Assembly (NCBI GenBank): GCA_002269645.1
Contig: NIVC01000598.1
Coordinates: 272,010 to 336,009 of the forward strand
Source of the DNA: Macrostomum lignano
Taxonomy: Eukaryota
Direction: 5' to 3'
DNA length: 64,000 nt
The notes beneath the pieces are model-generated. The model worked only from the letters and a program-made list of their open reading frames with translations. It had not been told where the DNA came from and did not search any database. Made by a program: the position numbers and the translations under genes. Shown piece by piece: positions 46,211 to 57,980 of this stretch (its first letter is position 1; each line of letters begins with the position of its first letter).

Positions 46211-49200
46211 GGAGCTTTTATCCCAATGAGGACGCATTTAATGATGGCGCCTCTATATTAACTCTGGCGCCTCGCCTTGTGATGGCGCCCCTGTCTTGTG
46301 CTGGCGCGTTTGTCTTCATTGCCCCGATAATCAATGAAAAGGGGCTCACGCAGTGAAGAGAGATATGGAGTGCCTTACAACGTGAGGAGCAGAGCTACGA
46401 GACGCAGCTACTGCCTTGAAAAGCACTTACACTGAGGCGGCACTTTTAAAAAAGACAGGAAAGCTCAAAGACGATATCAGACGGAACAGCTTTGCCTTTT
46501 CCAATCTTTTCGACGCGATGCACGCACACCGGGTGGCGCAGTCCCGCCGGGACCGCCGCCAAGCAATTATTCAAAGTGTCCGCCCGCCCTGCTCCCCTGA
46601 CTCCCTCCGCTGCGCTGCCCGCCGCCGCCTGACCGAATCCCATTGATGCCCCTTAATCCCGAATTCGGGGAGGGGGGGGGGGGGTCGGGAAGAAGGGGAG
46701 AATAAAACTGCGGAAAGAAGCCAGGCTGAAATCGGGGCTTGCCCGAGTAAAAGGAAAAAGCGGCTTCTGTTGCCGGGCAGGGGCCGACCCGGATAGCGGA
46801 CTGGAAAATTGCCGGCGCCGTTCGACTGGACTCGGCAACTCGAATAGTTTGGCTCCGAGCCTCTAGACTGGAATATGAGCCGAATAAACAGAAGCAGGTA
46901 CATCTGGGGAAATTCGTTTTTCCAGTTTCTCAGCTTTCACAATTTTGCTTTTTAGCCTTTTCGCTCTCTTCTTAGATTTCGCTCTCAAAAACTCCTCAGC
47001 CCGTCTCGCAGCTGCCCGTAGTAGCTCAGACCCCCCCCCCCAAAAAAAAACATCAATATTTTAAGTAACAGTAGAACGCATCAGAAAACCGCCATCCCTT
47101 AGACGTATTGCAATTTTTTCTCTATACAAAGTTTAGATCTTCAAAAACGCAAATCCTGGAGCTCAGGTGCCCCAGAGTATTCCTCAATTCTATTGATTTC
47201 AAAACCCAATCAATGCAATTTTCCCATCCAGAACAATCCCAGATACAATCAATTTTGCATCCTCCGCAATTCCCTGTCCTGTGGCAGCAGAAACAGGCCC
47301 AGATCAGCCTCAACTGCTGCGCATTCTACTCTTTAATCCCCCGGTTATCCCAGTTGACGAGTGAATCTCTCTGGGTGGTCTTGAGCTCGAATCGCAAAGA
47401 AAAACGAATGAGAGAGCCGCAGGTGGAGCGGCCGGATCAACAGGGCGTGGCTCGGCGGGGATCAGGGGGGGGGGGGGTGAAAGGCAGGGCAGCAGAGAGG
47501 AAGAGTCCCGATCACTGCATCAGAGCAATCTGCTCCCAGCTGGCTCGCCACTCTGGGCCGCGAGTATAAAATATCCCATTTTTCCCCATCAGACACTGTA
47601 CCGTCACGCCCAGTCTCCCCGATCCCCATCTCATCAACCTTTTCTCCGCTCTCTCTCTCCTCTCACTCATCCCCTCACTGCTGGAAGGCTATCGGCGATC
47701 TCGCTAATAGAAACGAGCGCGCCAGAGCCGCAGCCGCCGCTCCCGCTTCATCCAAATTTGAGCGAGTGAAAATGGACTCGCTTGGTCAGCAGCGGGGGAA
47801 ACCAATACAATATTGGTGTCGAACTCTCCCCCCGCCAGCTGGGCTGCTCTTCCCAGGGGAGAAAATGGGAAGCTGGGATAGACAATCTCGGTCGGGCTTG
47901 ACGGCTCAATGCCGCAGATTGATCCCCCTTCATCCAGCACCAGCGTGGACTTTTTCGTTCGCGAGATCGCGTGCCACCTGCCGCCGGCCCGATCGACAGG
48001 ATTTTGGTCATATTTCACTGAGCCGGGGTCTCTGAGCTCGCTGCTGCGATATTGGAGGTTCAGTAACAATTGATGAGACTCGCGGCAACAGGAATTTTGC
48101 GACAGAAAATTCGCAACCTAAAAACATTGGAGCTTGAGAAGTAAGGCCACACCTGTAAGACTCTGCAAAGCTGGAGAGTTCTCATGCATCTGGAAACTCT
48201 CTCAAGCCTCATCATCTAAACACTCCAAGCTTCAAAAGCTTGAGATTAATCAGCTTATTTATTGTTCTCTTCAGTATCTAGATATCTTTTGCACGGAATC
48301 CTTTACACATCTCAATAAGACTTCTCAAAACATCTTTTATAGAGAAAAAGTGCAGACCTAGCAATACATTCACACTGGTAAAAATTTCACCAACCAAAGC
48401 TGCAAAGCGCGCTCGCCAAGACTGCTGGAAGCTGGGCGCTGAAACCTGTCAATGCTTTATGCTTCGATGAGCAGAACACACGGAACTCTGTGAGAAACGG
48501 GCGGGCCAGCCCTGCGCCAGCCCCCCCCCCCTGCACTCGCCACGCCCAAAACCAGCAGGGAGGACGGACTAAGCTGAGCCATTTTTTTCTGCTCAGCCGG
48601 TTCGGGCTAATTCCGCCATCCTCCTTTGAGATGCGGGCTATACTGGATGCCCGTTACGTGCACTGCAGACTAATTCAGGTGAGCAAAGGTGAGAAGAGAG
48701 AAGAGAAGCAGTGCTGCAAATGGACTAAGAATTCCTGTACAATGAGTTGAATCAGTGAAAACAAATCAATCAGTCATTGGTCACTATGTAGTGGTATAAA
48801 TATACGTTCAAAATTGACATTAAAATTTTTTCTGGCCTGCACTTAAAGAAATCTTGTAAATTCTACAAACTCTAAAGATAAAAAACCCTATTGGGTGCAA
48901 GTCATTTTAGTTCAACAAAAAGTACTATTTCCCCAAGAGCACTGTGCATTTTATTCTCCTTTGAATGTAAAGGAGATAAGCAATCTATTTATAAAATGTT
49001 CAAAGCTACAAAAATCTTATAGCATAGCATGTAACAACCTAAATGAGTTTTCAATCATAGTAAAGAATCATAGTAGATCATAGCAAATAGAACTTATGAC
49101 TGAAAGATATACCACAAAATGAACATTTGAATATCTAGTCTATTGTTGTTATTTATGCCTATGTCTATGACATTAAATTAATAGTTAATATAGGCTATAT

Positions 49201-50381
49201 TAGAAGAAAAAAATTGCTTAATATTTAAGTTTAATTAAACCTTTTTATAACTGTCAATTCATGAAGTGTACTTATAAAACACAATTGAATACTGTCTAAA
49301 TCATTTTTATCAATTTTTCACTTTTTTAGAAAAACTTGAACTTGAACTAATTTTTAAATAAAGTGCATCAAAATAATATTTTAGCTGAAAATATTTTGAA
49401 AATAATGACACATTTTAAATTAAAAATAATTTAAAAGTTATTAAATTTCAATTTTAATGATATATATATCCTTTGAACAAAAAGCAACCATTTTTTAAAA
49501 ATGATTCATCAACAAATAATGAAACAAAAATTCACTTGGTCTTAGCTTTGATTAGAGAATTTTCAATAGCTGGAAATCATTGAAATGCAATAGTACTAGT
49601 AGCTCAGTTAATATCACTAGCCTTAGTGTTCATCTTGTAAGCAAGACTGTAATTAATAGTAACAAAATATGAAAAAATCAGAACCAGTTATCTGACTTAA
49701 ATAATTGGCTTCAAGTTTTATAATTTTACTATTTACCACAAATAATGGTACAACAGATAAGTGCTGGCCTAGATTAGGAAAACACAAGGAAAATAGGAAA
49801 ATTCGTCTCTAAACAAAATTCACTAAATCTCTAAGTTATCTGTCTGTCTGTCTTTTTGTAACATTCTAGTATATTTTACTGAAGCGAAAATAAGTTTTGT
49901 CGTGTGTTTTGAAGTATGCCGATAAGAATTAAAAAAAGATAGTAGTAGTAGTAGTAGTAGTAAGTTGGCTCAGGCAAGAAGCCTGTTTGGCCAATATATT
50001 TCTATGTATTTAAGATTGCTTCAGGAATAGGAGACAATATTTTAGCACTAGTTATTTAATTATGATTAGTACGAGTTTTGCAAAATGGTATTTGAAAGAA
50101 CGCGGAAAAGTTATTAACGATACTTGGACGACTAACGAAGCGAAAGAAAAAGCAAGGAGTTAAAAAAAAGTATTGCAGTTAATAAAAGTAAAAACGAAAG
50201 AAAAATGAACAAAAACGAACTTCGAAGGGACTTTACGTTAAGCGAATGACGACGATTTAAATAGGTATTAGATAGGAAACTAATTAAATACTAATTAAGT
50301 GCTAATTTAGTAGGAAATTAAAAATGGGAAAGGCGGATTTATTTCACTGCTGATATGTCTGTTTCAGTTTGCATAACTGTT

Positions 50382-53300
50382 TTAGCTATTCATGACTTCA
50401 TATATTTTAGCTACACCAGTGAGCTCTTTTCTGACTCTTTTTTCATTTGTAGCATATCCTAACTTGTGTACTTGCTTGTCATTTAGGAGGTACTGACAGA
50501 AGTATTTTTTTCTGAACTTTTCGGTTTGTGGACATTCGGTCAAGTAGTGTAGGATATCGGAACCATTTCTCGCTCCACACAGTCTACATGGTTCATGAGA
50601 GAAAATGTTGGGTGTAATTTCGCATTTCAGTTTTAGGAGGGTTGTTAGGAATTTTTTGTTTCTAAAAGTGCATGGAAAGTAATCTGAAAGGTCAGGCCTG
50701 CAGATTTTTTTGTAGAGATAGGCGTTTTTATAGAGTTTAATATGTTGCTGATTCTCTAGCTTTTGGCTAAGTTCTCTTTCTCTGTGTATCTTGAGGTGCT
50801 TTTTCACTAGGTATTTCTCGTTATTAAAGCTTTGGGAAAGTTTATCTTCAGTTAGTGCTTTTAAGTCTATACTTTCCAGTTTCTTTAGTATATTTGTTTT
50901 CCATGGATTTTTTTGGCTGGTGTTTGAGTAGAAAATTTCTAGTGTCGTTTGGCAAAGTTTTTGATGTCTAATCTTCAGCCAGTAGGTAAGATAGGTTTTA
51001 GCAATTCGTTGGGAGATTGGAGTAAGCTCAAGTTCTGATGATATCACACTGTTGCTAGCAAATTTTGGTAGATTGAGGAGATATTTGTAGAATTTCAGCT
51101 GAATGTTATCAATAGCTTTTGTTTCAGAAATGGTAGCCAGAGGGCCCCAGAGCTCACAGCCGTACGTGATAACGGGGGTGACAAGCGCGTCGAATAGTCT
51201 GCGAATGAGTGTGATGTCCAGGGACGTATTTTTTACCTTGTGGAGTAGGGAAAACATAGCTGAATAACCCTGCTTAGTTTGATGTTCAATACATTTTTTA
51301 AAGCTGTTTTTTGGTTCAAAAATAATTCCCAGGTATTTAAATTCATTTACTTCCTCTATTTCTTGGTTGTCGTAGATTATTTTTGTAGCAAAACTTTCTG
51401 TGTCATTTTTTTGTCTGGTACTGCCCTGCATAAACTTTGTTTTGCTTGCATTAACTTTCAAGTAGTTTTGCTTGCAGTAATTTTCCATAGTTGTAAATGT
51501 GTCTTGAAGTTCATCTTTGTTTTTAGCTAGAATGGCTTGATCGTCCGCAAAGAGCAGGATGAGTGGGAAAGCAGATCTCGTAAGAGAGCGCCTAGCGCTA
51601 GAGAGTTCAAGATATTCAACAATGTCGTCAATATATAGTTCAAAAAGGATGGTAGAGAGAGGGTTACCTTGAAGAACACCTTTAGATATTGGGATTGGCT
51701 GGGTTTCATCATCATCATCATCTTTCTTTAGAATGAAACAGGCATTTTTATGCATGTTCTTGATAAGTTCTGTCATTTGACCTTTAATACCTTGGTTATC
51801 CGTTTTGTGCCAAAGGGTCGGTTGATTTAAGCTATCGAAGGCTTTTTCATAGTCAACAAAACCGATAAAGAGTTCATTTTTGTTGTAGATGGACTGGTTT
51901 ATAATGTTGTAAAGATTAAAACATTGGTCGATTGTGCTGTGATTGGGCTTGAAACCGTATTGGTATTTTGATATAAGATTGTTAGCGTATGCTAGGTTTT
52001 CAAGTCTGGATTTAATAATTTGGCAAAAGAGCTTGCCAAAAATTGGTTGAATGCAGATTCCTCTGTAATTGTTGGGGTCGGCACTGCTGCCTTTGTTTTT
52101 ATAAATCGGATGAAGAGTATTTGTAATCCAACTAGTTGGAAAGGTTCCTTGTTTGAGTGCTTCGTTGAAAAGTGAGCATAGGAGGTCAGTAAGTTCGTTT
52201 TCAAGGTATTTGAGTGTTTCTACATATACTTTATCATGCCCAGGTGCTTTGTCGGTTTTGAGCTTTTTAATATGTTTTATAACTTCTTCTTTGGTGAATG
52301 GGGCATTGAAATCCTCTAAATTAGTCAGAATAGGGTTGTCAAGGTGAAGATTGTATGCTAGTCTAATGCTGCTGTCTTGTTCAGTTACAAGATTTTGAAA
52401 GTGTATGACAAATTTTTCGTCAATTGCTGCATTGTTATTGGGGCGGTTATGTGGTTTCAGTAATTGCCAAAGCTGTCTTGTATCATTTTGAATATAAGCC
52501 TGGTTGATCATGTTTTCTGCACACAGTATTGATTCATGTTTCCAAGAAATCAAGCTTTTTTCATATGTTTTTTTAAGCTGTATTTTGGATGCGAGGTTGC
52601 TACTTGTGGGGAACATCTTATATCTTCTGCTGGCATGCCTGGTGGCATTTCTCAGGTCTTTAAGAAATTGTGGCAATGCTGAACAGAGAGGGTTTTTTGT
52701 TTCTACTGTGATTTTACTTTGGATTTGCTGAACTTTCTTGCTTAAATTATGGATGAAAGCTGGGTTTTGCATGTCGAGATTTGGGATTTTATTCTCCAGA
52801 TCCTTTAGATCATCTGAGAAGCAATTGATATGTTTTTCTTGTTGTGGGGTGGGTTTATCTAGTTTTCTTAATATCCGGAATTTTGTTCTTTGGTTATTGG
52901 TTGCTTGTTTTGTTTCTGTAATCTCTGCTGTGAATTTACATGATAATGAGAGTATAATTTGATTGTGGTCACTAAGGTAAGTATGGTTTCTTACTTTAAA
53001 GTCTTCAAAGTGCTCAAGTAAGTTGCTAGAGACAAAACAGAGGTCAATTACAGATGAACCAGTTTTGGAGATAAAGGTAAGTGTTCCAGTTGCATCAGAT
53101 AGGGATCTACCATTGATTATATGCAAGTTATATGAGTTTGTGATTTGGTTTAATAATCTACCACTTTTACAGGTTTTTTTGTCTTGGCTTTGCCTATAGA
53201 GTGAGATATTTTTTGCCTTTAAAGTGCTTATTCTATGCAAATCTATATGATCAGTATTGTAAGTATGTGCATTAAAATCTCCCACCAGGATTATGTTTTC

Positions 53301-53966
53301 TTCAGAATGATGTGCATCAAGTATTAGTGCTAACTGTTCCCAAGACTCTTCTTCATAGTATTTTGAAGATGTTGGTGGTATGTAAGAGTTGATAACAGTG
53401 AAATTTTTGCTTTTGTCCTTTTTGTTTTTAAAGTTTAATGTCAAAAAATTGTTGTAATTATTGAATGACTCAGTCACATTGAAATGTGTTTCTAGTGATT
53501 TTTTATAAGCAGTCAGTAGGCCGCCAGATGCCCTACCAGTAGAACTGCTTCCTTTTTTGTTTGCAGACTTTTGGAAAATTGTGTAGTTGTCACGCAATTT
53601 GTCAGTGCTGAGAAGCCTATCATTGCTTTTTGTGTCAATTATCCAAGTTTCTTGAAGGCAGAAAATATCATGCTTAAAAATTGGTTCAGCTTCTAACAAT
53701 TCAAGCTTGGGAATCATCACTGAGTCTTTTATAGTATAAAGTCCTGTAATATTCCAACTGCTAATTGTGAAATTTTGTTTAATCTTTTTAATATTGAGTT
53801 CAGAGAGTTTTGATTTAGTATTTTGAGATATTTTTATGTTCCTATGAGTGATACTATTATTAATCAAGATAAGATAATCTCTAGTGTACTGAATCCGCTT
53901 CTTTTTAGTCCTATTAGCATCAGTAGATTTATTAATACATCTAGTATCAAAAAGGTCGGAAGTCAA
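50382..53966 (-). CDS. LINE ORF2: APE endonuclease, reverse transcriptase and CCHC knuckle (1194 aa)
   Basis: SWNITGL, FCLQETW, LVGDFNAH, SVIDL, LSDH (APE); KAPGHD, NYRGICI, QYGFK, VDYEKAFDS, VLQGNPLS, LLFADD, FKYLG (RT); CRLC-x9-H-x4-C. The ORF opens with TTG rather than ATG. Confidence 0.95.
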   Translation of the reverse strand: MTSDLFDTRCINKSTDANRTKKKRIQYTRDYLILINNSITHRNIKISQNTKSKLSELNIKKIKQNFTISSWNITGLYTIKDSVMIPKLELLEAEPIFKHDIFCLQETWIIDTKSNDRLLSTDKLRDNYTIFQKSANKKGSSSTGRASGGLLTAYKKSLETHFNVTESFNNYNNFLTLNFKNKKDKSKNFTVINSYIPPTSSKYYEEESWEQLALILDAHHSEENIILVGDFNAHTYNTDHIDLHRISTLKAKNISLYRQSQDKKTCKSGRLLNQITNSYNLHIINGRSLSDATGTLTFISKTGSSVIDLCFVSSNLLEHFEDFKVRNHTYLSDHNQIILSLSCKFTAEITETKQATNNQRTKFRILRKLDKPTPQQEKHINCFSDDLKDLENKIPNLDMQNPAFIHNLSKKVQQIQSKITVETKNPLCSALPQFLKDLRNATRHASRRYKMFPTSSNLASKIQLKKTYEKSLISWKHESILCAENMINQAYIQNDTRQLWQLLKPHNRPNNNAAIDEKFVIHFQNLVTEQDSSIRLAYNLHLDNPILTNLEDFNAPFTKEEVIKHIKKLKTDKAPGHDKVYVETLKYLENELTDLLCSLFNEALKQGTFPTSWITNTLHPIYKNKGSSADPNNYRGICIQPIFGKLFCQIIKSRLENLAYANNLISKYQYGFKPNHSTIDQCFNLYNIINQSIYNKNELFIGFVDYEKAFDSLNQPTLWHKTDNQGIKGQMTELIKNMHKNACFILKKDDDDDETQPIPISKGVLQGNPLSTILFELYIDDIVEYLELSSARRSLTRSAFPLILLFADDQAILAKNKDELQDTFTTMENYCKQNYLKVNASKTKFMQGSTRQKNDTESFATKIIYDNQEIEEVNEFKYLGIIFEPKNSFKKCIEHQTKQGYSAMFSLLHKVKNTSLDITLIRRLFDALVTPVITYGCELWGPLATISETKAIDNIQLKFYKYLLNLPKFASNSVISSELELTPISQRIAKTYLTYWLKIRHQKLCQTTLEIFYSNTSQKNPWKTNILKKLESIDLKALTEDKLSQSFNNEKYLVKKHLKIHRERELSQKLENQQHIKLYKNAYLYKKICRPDLSDYFPCTFRNKKFLTTLLKLKCEITPNIFSHEPCRLCGARNGSDILHYLTECPQTEKFRKKYFCQYLLNDKQVHKLGYATNEKRVRKELTGVAKIYEVMNS

Positions 53967-53972
53967 TGAAGT

Positions 53973-54629
53973 TCAAAAAGCTTTGATGAAGGGGACTCCC
54001 TTCTTATATGCAATTCGAATGTTTTTCTCACCATCTTCTTTCCGTTTTTTCAGCTCTTTGATGACCTTCTGCTTGTACGTACGTTCCTTCTCTGTTAGGT
54101 CGTTCTCTATTCTGACTCTTTGATAGGCAGAACCAGTTTCCCGCAGGTTTTTTAGGTTGCCGAAGAAAGCTGCTTTGTCACTTTCGTTTGCAAGGCGAAC
54201 AACCAGGGGCCTCGGCCGGTTGCTAAAAGGTTGCTCACGGCCAAGTCGTTTGGTGGCGATAATTGGCACTGTTGATGGGGTGATCTTCAGTCCATCTCGT
54301 AGCAAGTTCTCAAGCTCCTCCGTCTCTTGCAATCCGAAAATTATTATATTATTTTTTTTAACATTTCGCAGATTCACTTCTTCTACAATCTCATCGAAGC
54401 TTATGTCGTACGTTATTGTTTGTTTGCCATTTTCGATTGACTCGAGCTCGGCGATGCGTTCCTCCAGGGCGTCCAGTTTAGTATTGATGGCTTTTAATTG
54501 CTCTATGTTGTTGATGAGCGCACGCGCGTGCACCTTACAGTCGCACGATAGTTCGATCGATTCCTTTTTTGTCAAAATCAGAAAAATGATAAATATTGCA
54601 TAATTTTCTGGAAAATTACTTGAATTCAT
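53973..54629 (-). CDS. LINE ORF1 (coiled coil plus L1-type RRM-like domain, 218 aa)
   Basis: Coiled coil (LDALEERIAELE), KNNIIIFGLQE, RLG...RPRPLVV and IENDLTEKER motifs, typical of ORF1 in CR1/L2/RTE-X-type LINEs. Confidence 0.85.
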   Translation of the reverse strand: MNSSNFPENYAIFIIFLILTKKESIELSCDCKVHARALINNIEQLKAINTKLDALEERIAELESIENGKQTITYDISFDEIVEEVNLRNVKKNNIIIFGLQETEELENLLRDGLKITPSTVPIIATKRLGREQPFSNRPRPLVVRLANESDKAAFFGNLKNLRETGSAYQRVRIENDLTEKERTYKQKVIKELKKRKEDGEKNIRIAYKKGVPFIKAF

Positions 54630-54822
54630 TTAATTACCATATTATTTAAATTACATCATACACAATACTGAAAACTAACCTTTATCTTAACAGAAAAATA
54701 TTTAAAACGTTTGTTTTACTTTAACTACTAACTCCGTAAAGTTCTTTAATTAATATTTTAACTTCCGGGAATATTTAAACTTCGAAGCATCGGCAAAAAT
54801 CTATTTCTGCACTATATCTGCA

Positions 54823-57800
54823 GCACCAGATATCCACCAGATATCTGCTCCACCAGAAATTATGAGCTGCTTGTGGCAGGCGATATCAACGCCCACCATA
54901 CCCAGTTCTGGGGCAGTTCTGATATTAACGAGAGAGGTGAAGACTTCCTGGCTTATATTGCTACTACAACCCTTCAGTTCTGTAACTCGGGTAGTACCCC
55001 TACCTTCAATAACGGACGCCGATCGGAGGTGCTGGATGCCACCCTCGCCAGGCTCTTCCATAGCACTAGGGAGTGGCGGGTGCTTCCTGAGGCGTCCCTC
55101 TCCGATCACAAGTTCATCTCTTTCACGCTGGCCAGCGCCCGAAACGCAGGCCAGCTTTACTGGAAACGGAATGCCAGGAATACCGACTGGACCGCCTTCA
55201 GACTTGCCCTGGAGGAGACCTATCGTTGCACTAGCGCTCCAGTCTCCATCAACACCTGCGAGGAAGCAGATGAATTTGCGGCCGCACTTACTCGCTCACT
55301 GCTGCCTTCGAAGCCTCATGCCCACTAAAGGCATATAAAGGCAAACAGTCGGCCCCATGGTGGAACCCGCAGATTGGCGACCTCCGTCGCAGAGCCAAAA
55401 GGCTTCACCGTAGGGCCCAAAAAAATTAAAAACCCGGCCGACCAAACCGCCTACCTGAACTCTATCCACGAGTTCAAGAGGCAGGTTAGGAACGCCAAAA
55501 CCAACAAGTGGCGCGAATACTGTGAGGAACTTGAGGGCTCCAGCCCCACCTCCAGAATCGTTAAAGCCCTCACCCTGGACAAAATGTCCAAACTCTCCTC
55601 AGTCAAGAGAGCCGACGGCTCGCTCACTGAGAACCCAGGAGAAACACTGGAAGCGATGCTAACAGCGTTTTTCCCGAACGAGCCAGCCAGGCCCGACCCC
55701 CTGACCACTCAGTGGGCGGTCACGTACTGGCTGACTCAATCATCACGGAGGACCGCGTTACTAAAGCAGTCTCCTCCTTCAAACCCTTCAAATCCCCAGG
55801 ACCGGACGGCGTGCCAGCCTTCCTGCGAGAGGCGGTGAAATGCACCGGTTTCCTGCGGAACCTTTGCCGGCTTCTGAAAGCTTGCATTGTTCTCGGCTTT
55901 GTTATGAAACCCTGGACCGAGGCCATTATCCCCAAGCCCGGCCGACCGGACTACCGGTCCATTAAATCCTTCAGACCAATTAGCCTCACCTACTCACTGG
56001 TGAAGCTGTTAGAGAGACTGGTGCTCTGGCGCCTCCTCTCTGTGGAACTGAAGAACAAGCCGCTCAGTGAGAACCAGCACGCCTTTCGGGCAGGCAGGTC
56101 CACGGAGAGCGCGCTTCATGTCTTGGTCGACATGTTGGAGAAAGCCGTTCTTGGTAATGGCTACGCTCTCGCTGTCTTCCTCGACATTGTTGGAGCCTTC
56201 GACAATGTCCTCTTTGAGGCTTTTGACAGAGCTCTACGTGCTAGAGGAACCCACTCGCACCTCACCCGGTGGATCATGCATATGATCTGCCACCGTACTG
56301 CCACCGCACACCTGTTGGGCCACCAACGGACGGTAACCGTCTGCAAAGGCAGCCCCCAGGGCGGTGTCCTCTCTCCAGTTCTCTGGAACATTGTCATCGA
56401 TGAGCTCCTCCAGGACAGCCATCGTGACCCCATCCTTAAGGTCGTTACGCCGATGATGTCACAGCCGTGGCATCCGGACCGTCACCTGAAACCCTTAGGG
56501 ACCTTCTGCAAAACTTTATTCGCTCTGCTGAACAATGGGCGGACAGGTGCGGCCTTAGGCTCTCTGAGACCAAAAATGTCGCGATCATGTTCACCAGCAG
56601 GGTTAACTGGCGTATTCGCCCAATAAAGCTTTACGGGGTGGAAATCCCATCCTGCAAGCAAGCCAAGTGTCTCGGCGTTACGCTGGACCACCGGCTGAGC
56701 TGGTCCACTCACGTCCAGGCCAAAACCAAAAAAGCCCTCGCGATTCTTGCGCAGCTGCGCAGAGCCGTCGACACCACCTGGGGCCTCACCCCGAAACGGC
56801 TCTGGTGGATCTACACCGCAATGGTCCGACCGGCCGTTGCTTACGCCAGCCTGGTCTGGACCAGCGCCTAGCAGATTAAAACCTGCCACGAAGCCCTCAA
56901 AAAGGTGCAGGGACGTGCGTGCCGCATGATCCTGAATGCCTCGCTCTCTGCTCCCTTTGACGGCCTCAACGCCTTTCTTTGCCTCCCGCCTCTGGACATC
57001 TATGTCCGTCGCGAGGCTGCTAAAACCACCCGCCGGCTCATCGAGGCTGGCATTAGCTTCAAACCACAAAGAGTGATGGCGAAGCGCAAGCTCCTGCCGC
57101 ACTCTGACCTGTGCCTTAAAGTTCTGGAGGAGAGTAACAATGCGGAAGCATGCGCTCCCTCAATCTCTACTAACGCTTCAAGGTCACTATCCCCTCTAGG
57201 GAGAACGCTAACGACAGCTGGGCCCCTCAGGAGGTTGGACTGCTTCACTGGATCCTCCAAAGACGGTTTATCCGGCTTTGGAGTCTGCATCCTTATCAAC
57301 GGCCGCGTGATCGCTACTCACGCCCAACACACTGGCAGACTCTCTAGCGTCTTCCAGAACGAAGTCCTTGCCATCAGCTCCTGTGCAGCCGAGCGCCACT
57401 GCAGGGACTTCAAGGACAGAAGAATTTTCTTCCATTCTGACAGCCAGGCCGCTTTGCTGGCCCTGTGTCACACCACTACGAACTCCCGAACAGTCCGCGA
57501 CTGTATCGGGCAGCTCAACAAACTGACTCGGAGGAACACCGTCCGGCTTACGTGGATCCCAGGACACGCCGGCTTCAAAGGTAACGAGCTCGCCGACTCC
57601 CTCGCTAAGGCGGGCTGTTCCGGCTCGCCCCTTGGCCCCGTGCCCCTGGCCCCCAGATTAACGACTGGGCGGACGTCCTGCACTTGCGCAGATGGGATGG
57701 TATCTCCAACTGCCGCCAATCTCGTGCGGCAGTGCCCAATCCGTCCCTGGACGACATTTGCCGGCCCAAGAACATCCCACGGCTCATCCGGTTCCTCCGA

Positions 57801-57980
57801 GCCACCAAGCGAGCCTCCGTCTTCCCCACCGAAGACAACGCTGCAGACAGGACCGGCAGACCTCCCTGACTGGCCCCGCGCCCTAGCCTATGCGGGTCTT
57901 TCAGGGATTAGCGGAATGGGCGACGCTCGCCTCCCCGCTGCGTCTTCGGACCGCCCTGCAGCTAAGTCAAGTCAAGTAAG
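54823..57980 (+). mobile_element. 5'-truncated, frameshifted LOA/R1-type LINE with RNase H
   Basis: APE C-half (AGDINAHH..WGS, LSDH), RT (GPDG, FRPISL, QHAFRAGRSTE, LDIVGAFD, SPQGGVLSP, frameshifted YADD) and RNase H (FTGSSK, SDSQAAL, WIPGHAGFKGNELAD). Tail GCTAAGTCAAGTCAAGTAAG; 10-bp TSD TATATCTGCA at 54813-54822 and 57981-57990. Confidence 0.92.

Larger units (their letters stand above)
49940..54795 (-). mobile_element. Apparently intact RTE-X-like non-LTR retrotransposon
   Basis: ORF1 and ORF2 are uninterrupted, followed by a 3' UTR of about 420 nt and a (TAC)n tail at 49940-49962. AT-rich. The 5' boundary is approximate and no TSD was found. The clade call rests on the post-RT motif (SSELELTPISQRIAKTYLTYWLKI), the CCHC finger and ORF1. 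Confidence 0.85.

Noticed and set aside
3370-47480. Many 10-13 nt poly-G/poly-C runs
   Set aside because: Homopolymer lengths are unreliable in assemblies, and no consistent context was seen.
46400-48760. GC-rich stretches upstream of PLC as promoter or alternative first exons
   Set aside because: Plausible, but no TSS, splice pair or ORF could be supported from sequence alone.
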